DNA of 64,000 bases from an uncultured bacterium (lineage in GTDB: Bacteria; Hydrogenedentota; Hydrogenedentia; Hydrogenedentales; JAEUWI01). Shown piece by piece: positions 48,741 to 56,336 of this stretch (position 1 is the stretch's first letter; every line of letters starts with the position of its first letter). Location: the NCBI GenBank assembly GCA_963977445.1, contig CAXBPH010000003.1, positions 6,529 through 70,528 on the forward strand, in the 5' to 3' direction. The position numbers were made by a program, and so were the translations under genes. The notes under the pieces are model-generated. The model saw only the letters and a program-made list of their open reading frames with translations, did not search any database and had not been told where the DNA came from.

Positions 48741-50624
48741 CTATTTTATTTCTCGAACTACGATATCTCTCTTGTCAAGATCCAGGTCAACAGTTCCGCC
48801 TCCACGAGATTTCAACTCTCTCCAAACTTTGAAGCCCTGCAGGATAGCGCGTTCCCATTCTCCCGTTGTGCATGCTGACACCTCAAGATGAAGGACGGTA
48901 TTCTTTATCATTCGTAACAATTCACTACTGACCGACAATTTACCCTCTAGGAAGTTGTAGTCACGAGCGTAGGCAAAAATCATTGCCGATAGTGCCTCTT
49001 CCGTGACAATCGCCCTTGCACCATCTTCCACTTCGTCAACTTTCGGATCACTCTTTCGCTTCGCTGTGAACATTTTCCTGACGAGTGGAGACCAACCTAG
49101 AACCGCAGCGAAAGACAAATGGATTACATCGTGGAGTCCGTAACCATCGTTCTCGTAAGCGTTGTCAGTCAAGTCATCACCAAACTGCTGACCCTTGTAC
49201 ATCACCCGTATTTTTGGGTTGTTGAATTCGTCATGGTATGTGCTGAAATCGAGTGAAAAACTACGTGGAAATTGTTCATTTTCGGGATATCCTGCATCGA
49301 ACGGAGTTCGCGAAGGTAACGTGCCCCACCGTTCATCACATTTCGCCAAGTTAAGCTCGGCGATCTCCTTCAGATCGAGATTAAACTTCGTGGCGACGTT
49401 TGCCACATACCACAGCAAGTCTCCGAGTTCCTCGCTTAAGCGGTCCTTAAACAATTTATGCGTGTCACCGTCCCGAAGATATTTCTTGTATTCACTCAAC
49501 AATTCACCGGATTCGCTTGCGAGGCCCAACAGAGGAATCGTTAGCGAAGACTCGTCCACACCGGGATTTTGATCTGTCCCGGCAACTTTCTCTTGGTATT
49601 TGCCCATATCCATGGCTCTTGTCTCCAGGTTCACCCCCGTACTCGATCGATTTTCTTCGTTTGAGCTGGTACGGCTGATTAATTCGTTTATGCCCCACTT
49701 GGGTGGGTACCAATAGTCGATTGGTTCTAAAATAGGCTTCAGCTTCTGCTTTATGCGACTTCGCCCTGATTTTCCGACGAATTCTGGATGTACAACTCGC
49801 GCGTACTTGTCTACTTCACAAAACAGGTTTTGGCAATCAATCAATTGAAGCGGCCTTCCCCATAAGTCGGAAAAATCTATGCCCAGTCGATTAAATTCCT
49901 CATCCTGCCTCTCGGTCACCCACCGGATTATTTGTGCAGTATCCTTCTTTCCCGGGTTTAGAAAGCACTTCTGGATTCCATCGAGTGCTCCGGGGCCTGC
50001 GACCACAAAGTCCATTTCAGAGAAGTTAATGATGGTGCTGTAGTTCAAATCGGTAACATACTGATAGGCTAGAAAGTTGCCTATCCCAGGTGATGACCGC
50101 ATTGATTCGAACGCCTCTTCCATGGACTCCGAATCAGCAATTCGTTTCGGTAGCTCCGAAGACATCATGTATTCAAGTAACTTAAGATGGTTCTGGTGTT
50201 TGAATGTTAGCGAAAATTTTCGGACGGAGGGCATTATATAGGCTGCGGAATAGATCCGCTGGCCTCGCGTCATCGCCTGACTTAAGACACGGTCATATGC
50301 CTTGTATGAGTAATCGGCGTATGTGAGATGGCCAAGCTCATTCTCAAGTAGTTTCCATGTATCGATGCGATTGAAAAGTTTGAATAGAATTATGCGAAAA
50401 AACACTTCAGCTGGATGAGTCGGGAGGTCTTCGTTGTATATTACGTTCCTAATGAGATATTGGCTCACTCTGTCAGAGGCTCTGTAGGCGTTCGTGAATT
50501 TGTGGTTTTGAAGCACAGCGTCATCCGTCCACGGAAGAGGGCGCTTACTTATTCGTCGAAAGAAGATTCTCTGTCGCTCGGCGGCGAATTTCCAATACGT
50601 ATCGTATACAGGAGTAGTTTTCAT
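48741..50624 (-). CDS. 627-aa multidomain protein: N-terminal uncharacterised domain (possibly aGPT-pyrophosphorylase-like) plus a central MazG-like NTP pyrophosphohydrolase domain
   Basis: Central ESGELLSEYKK...EELGDLLWYVANVATKFNLDLKEIAELNLAKCDERW matches the MazG EExxE / ELGDxL motifs. The N-terminal 300 aa (MKTTPVYDTYWKFAAERQRIFFRR...PWTDDAVLQNHKFTNAYRASDRVSQYL) reminds me of nucleotide-base hypermodification-associated families, but I cannot verify that here. Confidence 0.6.
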   Translation of the reverse strand: MKTTPVYDTYWKFAAERQRIFFRRISKRPLPWTDDAVLQNHKFTNAYRASDRVSQYLIRNVIYNEDLPTHPAEVFFRIILFKLFNRIDTWKLLENELGHLTYADYSYKAYDRVLSQAMTRGQRIYSAAYIMPSVRKFSLTFKHQNHLKLLEYMMSSELPKRIADSESMEEAFESMRSSPGIGNFLAYQYVTDLNYSTIINFSEMDFVVAGPGALDGIQKCFLNPGKKDTAQIIRWVTERQDEEFNRLGIDFSDLWGRPLQLIDCQNLFCEVDKYARVVHPEFVGKSGRSRIKQKLKPILEPIDYWYPPKWGINELISRTSSNEENRSSTGVNLETRAMDMGKYQEKVAGTDQNPGVDESSLTIPLLGLASESGELLSEYKKYLRDGDTHKLFKDRLSEELGDLLWYVANVATKFNLDLKEIAELNLAKCDERWGTLPSRTPFDAGYPENEQFPRSFSLDFSTYHDEFNNPKIRVMYKGQQFGDDLTDNAYENDGYGLHDVIHLSFAAVLGWSPLVRKMFTAKRKSDPKVDEVEDGARAIVTEEALSAMIFAYARDYNFLEGKLSVSSELLRMIKNTVLHLEVSACTTGEWERAILQGFKVWRELKSRGGGTVDLDLDKRDIVVREIK

Positions 50625-50672
50625 ATTAACCGGCCGAAAGTATACGAGTACAGTGGAGTCATTTTTGTCTTT

Positions 50673-51497
50673 CTAAAAATCGTCATGAATAGGCTCGGAA
50701 ACTGTGCTCGTCACAGATTTGCAAAGTATTTTGTTAGAGCGCGTGATCAAGTCACGTGCATTGCGTACCCCCCAAGGAAATTGTTTTGAATCCTTAATTC
50801 TGGCTGGGCCTTTATCAATTTCGGCATGTGTGGAGACACAGGTGAGCGAACCGACGGTTAGGCCAGCTCGCTCTGCCACAAACGCCTGAAGTTGCCCCAA
50901 ACCGATTAGATTGCCAAGGCACCGAGATATGTACGTGTGGTTACGGTACATTGCTGTAAGCATCAAGCCCTTGTTTGGATGACATTTAAAGCTCAAAAAA
51001 CTGAGGCATTGTCCCCCCCATCGACTACGCCCATCCTCCAAGGGATCGTAAACCGCTAGCTCATATGCCGACTTGAACTTCTGACCACCATTCTCGCGTT
51101 CTTGTAGCTTACCGATCAGCTGTTCTAGTGGATTGTATGTCTTGCCGAGCCTAGTCTGATGCCTGGTCATTCGCTCAAAGTACCTACCCCAGCGCCGGGT
51201 CTTCGTCAGTCTATCGAACGCTTCATGGTATTTCTCGTAGAACACCGGAGCCCCGTGCTGATTGTAGAGTGATTGGGGAAAAATCGTGTTACAGACCGTG
51301 GATATGGGGTAGCAATCGTACTTTCGTAGAAAATCGTCTACCTCTGAAATGATTTCATTGTCAGTTGAATCGAACGATACGGGATTTTCTACATCAACAA
51401 TAACGTTGTATCCCTCATCATTGTGCTTCATGATCTCCATTGCAGCCGCTACCCACGCTCGCGCACAACTCTTCTGTGTCGGGATGGCGATGTACAT
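50673..51497 (-). CDS. Thymidylate-synthase-fold enzyme (ThyA / dCMP-dUMP hydroxymethylase superfamily, divergent)
   Basis: GGQCLSFLSFKCHPNKGLMLTAMYRNHTYISRCLGNLIGLGQLQAFVAERAGLTVGSLTCVSTHAEID aligns with the ThyA core PCHAFFQFYV...[21 protein letters not shown]...VGDFVWTGGDTHLY. QCL sits at the position of the catalytic PCH. Confidence 0.55.
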   Translation of the reverse strand: MYIAIPTQKSCARAWVAAAMEIMKHNDEGYNVIVDVENPVSFDSTDNEIISEVDDFLRKYDCYPISTVCNTIFPQSLYNQHGAPVFYEKYHEAFDRLTKTRRWGRYFERMTRHQTRLGKTYNPLEQLIGKLQERENGGQKFKSAYELAVYDPLEDGRSRWGGQCLSFLSFKCHPNKGLMLTAMYRNHTYISRCLGNLIGLGQLQAFVAERAGLTVGSLTCVSTHAEIDKGPARIKDSKQFPWGVRNARDLITRSNKILCKSVTSTVSEPIHDDF

Positions 51498-51509
51498 AGA
51501 AAGGTCTCC

Positions 51510-52157
51510 CTAATGCGTAATAAATGCGGAAAAGATTCGCGACCCGAGATAACGTTTGCTCAACCAGGCGTAGCCATGAAGGCCCCAGGATTCACCCCAA
51601 CTGTTTCTGATAGCGATATACTTTTCGCTGTTTTTCGTAGCTGTTGCGACGGCAACAACAGCGTGTCGTCGAACCGGGTCGATAGGCTCAGTTGAATCAA
51701 CGATTCCAACGTTGTCCGGGGTATAGAACGCATCTGAGAACGACATCGCGAGGACGACGGGCTTGTCGGTTTGGATGCAGTCCCAAACGGCGTCAAATGT
51801 GGCGGTTAAGGCGCTAGTATGGCATTGGAAAAGTTGCCCTACGTTGTTGGGAGGCTTCCAGTGCGAAATTGGGCTTGGCAATGCCTTGAGGTAGGGCCAG
51901 GCGAGTTCGTTCGGTTGCCCGTCCCCAGTTAATGCAGAGCATACCCCCGGAATGGAAACACCCAAATCTGGAGAGCTTCTCTCCCACTTTATCGCGTAGT
52001 AGTATAGGTACTCACACGACAAGGGTTGCCAATTCCTCTCCAGTGCGGCGGAATGTGCGTCGCTCGTGGCGAACGCCAGGCATGTCGGGCGCGCTCCTTG
52101 ATCGCGAGCGCTGCCAAAATATGGTCGTAGGTCGTGACGGATAATCATCGAACTCAT
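51510..52157 (-). CDS. Papain-like cysteine peptidase (C1A-like, compact, no pro-region)
   Basis: QGARPTCLAFA matches the QG-x-C-G-S-C-W-A-F spacing of the catalytic Cys. HAVVAVA matches the His region. NSWGESWGLHGYAWL matches papain NSWG..WG..GY. Confidence 0.7.
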   Translation of the reverse strand: MSSMIIRHDLRPYFGSARDQGARPTCLAFATSDAHSAALERNWQPLSCEYLYYYAIKWERSSPDLGVSIPGVCSALTGDGQPNELAWPYLKALPSPISHWKPPNNVGQLFQCHTSALTATFDAVWDCIQTDKPVVLAMSFSDAFYTPDNVGIVDSTEPIDPVRRHAVVAVATATKNSEKYIAIRNSWGESWGLHGYAWLSKRYLGSRIFSAFITH

Positions 52158-53167
52158 GGGCGACTCAACATTGCTTGGCGTTGAGCTGGCAGGAGGCCGG
52201 TTTGTAGTGGTCCTGTCAAGTTTACATCAAATTCGAGCGACTGTAGAGATTCATCATCTGAGAGCCATGGTCGCTGTTCACGAAGATTCACGTGACCGAG
52301 TGCCGACTGCTCCGGTTCAGCCACGATCTTACGTTCGACAATACTACCGATTGCATTTTCAGTCGAGCGGGCCTCTCGGATGTCCTCAACTATTTTGAGG
52401 CCGACTTTGGAGAGACTGTCAAACGACCACATGTACCCTGATGAAGCGTGTTCGATCAGCTCGAGAATCACGATGTCGTGCGCGCTTCCTTCAATTAGGA
52501 GCCTTTGATCGCCCATGCCAAGCACCCATATATCCGCATACCATGATTCTGGGGTGTGCTGTTTGGTGAGCTGCTGCTTGATAGATTTTGGTTGGGTTTT
52601 GAGCAGGGAGTCTCGTACTGATTTCGAAATCGCATTGTGCTTGAGGAGCGCATGACAAGTCGCCGCATAGCTTGACCCCATCCGTAAGGCCAATTGGTAG
52701 ACTATTTTCGGAGACGTTAGGTCTGAGCTCGCCCACCCTTGTTGACCCATGTGGTGCGTGATTAGCCATTTCGGTGTAAGCAGTTCGGAGGCAAACGCAT
52801 TTGCCTGCAGTTCTATGAGATCAAGAGCTGCCCCGCTCTCAAACGGAGTTCGGTTTAGCCTGGATTCGTCATCTAGACTAGACGAGTGCCCCATGACCGC
52901 GTGACCCAATTCGTGTGCTGCCGTGAAGCGCTGTACGGAAAGGGGGCGTTGTGTGGTCAACAGAACTCCAGATCCATTTTCTTCCAAATAGCATCCGAGC
53001 AGCCCCTTCATCGGTTGGAACATGACAGGTATGTCGAGAGCTGCGAGAAGTCCAAACACATCGATGCGTCCCACCCCACTCTTTACCTTTTTTTTGACAC
53101 CATGGCTAGCATGTAATCGGTTAGCAGCAAGAGCCGCCTCGAGTATAGCCTTACGAACGTCTGGCAT
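52154..53167 (-). CDS. ImmA/IrrE-family zinc metallopeptidase (COG2856) with a ~190-aa C-terminal domain of unknown function
   Basis: HEXXH in AAHELGHAVMGH, preceded by the typical ImmA helix. Its start overlaps the C1 peptidase gene by 4 nt. Confidence 0.75.
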   Translation of the reverse strand: MPDVRKAILEAALAANRLHASHGVKKKVKSGVGRIDVFGLLAALDIPVMFQPMKGLLGCYLEENGSGVLLTTQRPLSVQRFTAAHELGHAVMGHSSSLDDESRLNRTPFESGAALDLIELQANAFASELLTPKWLITHHMGQQGWASSDLTSPKIVYQLALRMGSSYAATCHALLKHNAISKSVRDSLLKTQPKSIKQQLTKQHTPESWYADIWVLGMGDQRLLIEGSAHDIVILELIEHASSGYMWSFDSLSKVGLKIVEDIREARSTENAIGSIVERKIVAEPEQSALGHVNLREQRPWLSDDESLQSLEFDVNLTGPLQTGLLPAQRQAMLSRP

Positions 53168-53170
53168 AGG

Positions 53171-53551
53171 TCAGCCCCCTTTTTGCGCTTTCCTCGATTT
53201 CAAGAATTCTGCGAATCTGGCGAGTTCGCTGCGATCTTCCGGGGCCAATTCAGATACCTGCCGTGCCAGATGAGCGACTTCCTTGTCAACTGGATGCGTG
53301 TCAGCGGTTTCACCGGTAAAAAAGTTCAGAGACCTCCCGTAGAGTTCGGCTAATTTCTTGAGTTCAAACACTTCAACTTTCCTCAGCCCTGCTTCCATCA
53401 AAGATAGCGCGGAACGAGAAGTACCTACTTTCGTGGCTATTTCGTTCTGGGAGAATCCAACATACTCTCGGGCTTCACGTAGCCGGTCACCAAGTACCTT
53501 TCTATCGCTATCACCTTCAACTTTTTTATTGTTGGGAGCTCTACTACTCAT
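53171..53551 (-). CDS. XRE-family (Cro/C1-type) helix-turn-helix transcriptional regulator
   Basis: LGDRLREAREYVGFSQNEIATKVGTSRSALSLMEAG is the HTH_3 motif. The ATG at 53551 overlaps the stop of the upstream ACP-like gene in an ATGA arrangement. Confidence 0.8.
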   Translation of the reverse strand: MSSRAPNNKKVEGDSDRKVLGDRLREAREYVGFSQNEIATKVGTSRSALSLMEAGLRKVEVFELKKLAELYGRSLNFFTGETADTHPVDKEVAHLARQVSELAPEDRSELARFAEFLKSRKAQKGG

Positions 53552-53868
53552 TTGCTTCCCTTTCTTTTTTCCTCTTCTTGGCACAATTTATCTATACGCA
53601 GCATCATATCGTCAATTGCTTCATCAACACTTTGATAGCCGCCTTTTCGTATAGTCTTGTCTGGAGGTAGTCGAAAACCAACGATTGGCTCGATGGCTAA
53701 CAAAGTGCTTACGACGGCAAAGGAGTCCAAAAGTGGCTCCCAAACCTTGCGCAACAGAGCCCCCTCATCCACAATCTCGTCAAGCTTGTCAGTCAAAACT
53801 GCCCGAATTTCGCAAGAAGTCAAATGAACATCTTCGTCGATTTGAAACGCTGTGGATGTGTTTGCCAT
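53548..53868 (-). CDS. Acyl-carrier-protein-like (phosphopantetheine-binding) small protein
   Basis: LLDSFAVVSTLLAIEPIVGFRLPPDKTI...SVDEAIDDMMLRI parallels ACP helix II/III (DSLDTVELVMALEE...FGIEIPDE...TVGDLVDYI), with Ser in DSF at the 4-prime-PP attachment position. Confidence 0.55.
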   Translation of the reverse strand: MANTSTAFQIDEDVHLTSCEIRAVLTDKLDEIVDEGALLRKVWEPLLDSFAVVSTLLAIEPIVGFRLPPDKTIRKGGYQSVDEAIDDMMLRIDKLCQEEEKRKGSK

Positions 53869-53935
53869 ACCGAATCTCCTGTGCTACTTGGTTAGGATAC
53901 CAAAATTCAGTTGGAAAATCAAACACAAAATATCA

Positions 53936-53958
53936 ATATGTTAGATTTTCTAACATAT
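53936..53958. promoter_or_regulatory. Perfect palindrome ATATGTTAGA-TTT-TCTAACATAT upstream of the island operon; candidate XRE-repressor operator
   Basis: 10-bp arms seen directly, ~70 nt upstream of the ACP-like gene start. A second long dyad (TATAGCCCAGGG...CCCTGGGCTATA) lies at 53961-54024. Confidence 0.45.
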
Positions 53959-54059
53959 GGTATAGCCCAGGGTTTTGCTTGTTCGCGCTTGGGGCGTGAA
54001 CTTGCTGCGCCCTGGGCTATAGTGTGTCACCCCGTTGGGGCTATTCAGATCGCCCTGTA

Positions 54060-54294
54060 CGGATTCGCCGAAGAATGACACTTCGCCCGAAGTGGGCGCC
54101 AGCAACCCCATGAGCACCTTGATGGTCGTGCTCTTACCCGCGCCATTGGGCCCGAGAAGGCCGAAGGCGGCCCCACGCTTTATTTGGAGATTGAGGCCGT
54201 GGACACCATCTCCGTGTTCGTAGGTTTTTACGAGTTCTGAGATTTCGACCACCGACTCGGTCTTCACCGGGGCCTGTTTATCCATAACCTGCAC
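54060..54294 (-). pseudogene. N-terminal fragment of an ABC transporter ATP-binding protein (Walker A GPNGAGKST) with nonsense readthrough after ~78 aa
   Basis: ORF 53950..54294. Homology is recognisable only to ...SGEVSFFGESV; the remaining 35 aa are unrelated junk before the stop. The break coincides with the island boundary. Confidence 0.5.
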
Positions 54295-54436
54295 GAAAAC
54301 AACTCCCCTTGTTCTTCGCTGCAGAACCTGCGTGCAGCGGGAAAACTGCCAACGAAATAGCCCGATACGCTATAGTACAAGACATTAATCTATCTGACAA
54401 TCCCCAAAGATTAACCGGAAAGCCCAATCAAAATTC

Positions 54437-55765
54437 ATGGCCGAAGATCTATTTGAAAATGCCGCCGCTGAGCGGATGCGGAAGGAAGCCCCGCTGGCCC
54501 GCCGTATCGCCCCCCGCACCCTCGATGACTTTGTGGGGCAGGAGCATATCCTCGGGCATGGCAAACTCTTGCGTCGCGCCATCGAAGCCGATCGCATCAC
54601 CTCCCTCCTCCTTTATGGTCCCCCGGGCACGGGCAAGACCGCGCTGGCGCGTATTATCGCCATGCGGACCAAATCGGCCTTTGAACCCTTAAATGCGGTG
54701 ACGTCGGGCGTGAAAGAGCTGCGGGAACTCCTGGCCCAGGCCAAGCAACGGCGCATCCACCAACAGAAGCGCACCATCGTTTTCGTGGACGAAATTCACC
54801 GATTCAATAAGGCCCAGCAGGACGCCCTCCTCCCCGATGTGGAGAATGGCAACATCACCATGATCGGTGCCACCACGGAGAACCCCTTCTTCTCCGTCGT
54901 CGCGCCTCTCCTCTCCCGTTCCCAGATTTTTGAATTCAAACGTCACACGGAAGAAGCCCTCGTCGGCTTACTGCGCCGCGCCCTCACACATCCCGAGCTG
55001 GGGATGGACCCCGAGACCATCACGGTAGACGACGACGCCTTCGCTCATATCGCGCGCTATGCCGAAGGGGATGTGCGCCGTTCCCTCAATGCCTTGGAAG
55101 TGGCCCTGCTTACCACGCCGGTGGTCGATGAGAAGATTCACATCACCGTGGAAGAAGCCCGGGAATCCATCCAGCGCAAACTCCTCCACTACGATGGCAC
55201 GGGCGATGGCCACTATGACGCGGCCTCGGCTTTTATCAAATCCATGCGGGGGAGCAATCCCGATTCGGCCCTCTATTGGATGGCCCGCATGCTGGAAGCC
55301 GGTGAAACGCCGCGCTTTGTGGCGCGACGCATCTGCATCGCCGCGTCGGAAGATGTGGGCAATGCCGACCCCATGGCGCTGGTGCTGGCGAACGCCGCCT
55401 TCCAGACCTGTGAGTTCATCGGCATGCCCGAAGCGCGCATCATGCTCGCCCAGGCCGTGACCTACATCGCCGCCGCCCCCAAGAGCAATGCGTCCTACGC
55501 GGCCATCGACGCCGCCATCGCGGCCGTGCGGGAAGAAAAAACCACCGAAATTCCCAAACACCTCCAGGATGCCCACTACAAGGGGGCCAAACGACTGGGT
55601 CACGGGGCCAACTATCAGTATGCCCACGATTTTGAAGACAACTACGTCACCCAGGACTACGGCATCCCCCGGGGCACCTTCTATCAGCCCACGAAAAATG
55701 GCAAGGAAGCCGAAATAAAGGCCTGGATGGATGAACTCGACGCCCGGGACCGGGGAGAGAACTAG
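54437..55765 (+). CDS. rarA: Replication-associated recombination protein A (AAA+ ATPase RarA/MgsA)
   Basis: [19 protein letters not shown] Walker [13 protein letters not shown] Walker B/sensor, and a C-terminal MgsA helical domain. Confidence 0.9.
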   Translation: MAEDLFENAAAERMRKEAPLARRIAPRTLDDFVGQEHILGHGKLLRRAIEADRITSLLLYGPPGTGKTALARIIAMRTKSAFEPLNAVTSGVKELRELLAQAKQRRIHQQKRTIVFVDEIHRFNKAQQDALLPDVENGNITMIGATTENPFFSVVAPLLSRSQIFEFKRHTEEALVGLLRRALTHPELGMDPETITVDDDAFAHIARYAEGDVRRSLNALEVALLTTPVVDEKIHITVEEARESIQRKLLHYDGTGDGHYDAASAFIKSMRGSNPDSALYWMARMLEAGETPRFVARRICIAASEDVGNADPMALVLANAAFQTCEFIGMPEARIMLAQAVTYIAAAPKSNASYAAIDAAIAAVREEKTTEIPKHLQDAHYKGAKRLGHGANYQYAHDFEDNYVTQDYGIPRGTFYQPTKNGKEAEIKAWMDELDARDRGEN

Positions 55766-55865
55766 TCCACACCGATACGCACTGGACAGCACGACGTCTT
55801 CGGGGGTATCGTAGTCGTAGCATCCTACTGCACTGACCCCATTGACCGATTGGAGGGCCTTTACC

Positions 55866-56303
55866 ATGCTGACCTATTTTATATTGACGGGCATCATTGT
55901 CTTTGGATTTGCCTTTGCCATGTGGCTGGGCACCTTTCTGCTTAACCGCAGCATAAACACGACCCTGGAAACCGAAGATGAGGCGCGGCACAATGTCGCC
56001 GGTCAACTCGGCTATGGCACCCTGCTGCTGGGCGCTACCATCATTCTCACGGTCGTATTCTTCCAAATGGATCGGGCACCCATCATCCCCCCCATGCCCC
56101 CGGGGCTGCAGCCCGAGGGGATACGCCGGGAGGCTGAAGCGGAAAAAAAGGACACCAAGGCCATCGTCCCGGAGTCCAAGAAAGAAGCAGCGCCCCCTGC
56201 ACCGGTCAATGGAGCACCCGAGGTCACCCCGCCGACCGATATTAAACCGGCGGAGCCGAAAGAAGCCATACAGCCGGAGGCATCATCCGCGCTATCGGTG
56301 TAG
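55866..56303 (+). CDS. Small two-TM membrane protein with a Pro/Glu/Lys-rich C-terminal tail
   Basis: Two hydrophobic helices (LTYFILTGIIVFGFAFAMWLGTFLL; LGYGTLLLGATIILTVVFF), then PPMPPGLQPEG...PEVTPPTD. Confidence 0.4.
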   Translation: MLTYFILTGIIVFGFAFAMWLGTFLLNRSINTTLETEDEARHNVAGQLGYGTLLLGATIILTVVFFQMDRAPIIPPMPPGLQPEGIRREAEAEKKDTKAIVPESKKEAAPPAPVNGAPEVTPPTDIKPAEPKEAIQPEASSALSV

Positions 56304-56336
56304 ACGCTGAAGCGCTCAACGACCTTGGAACCTTCC

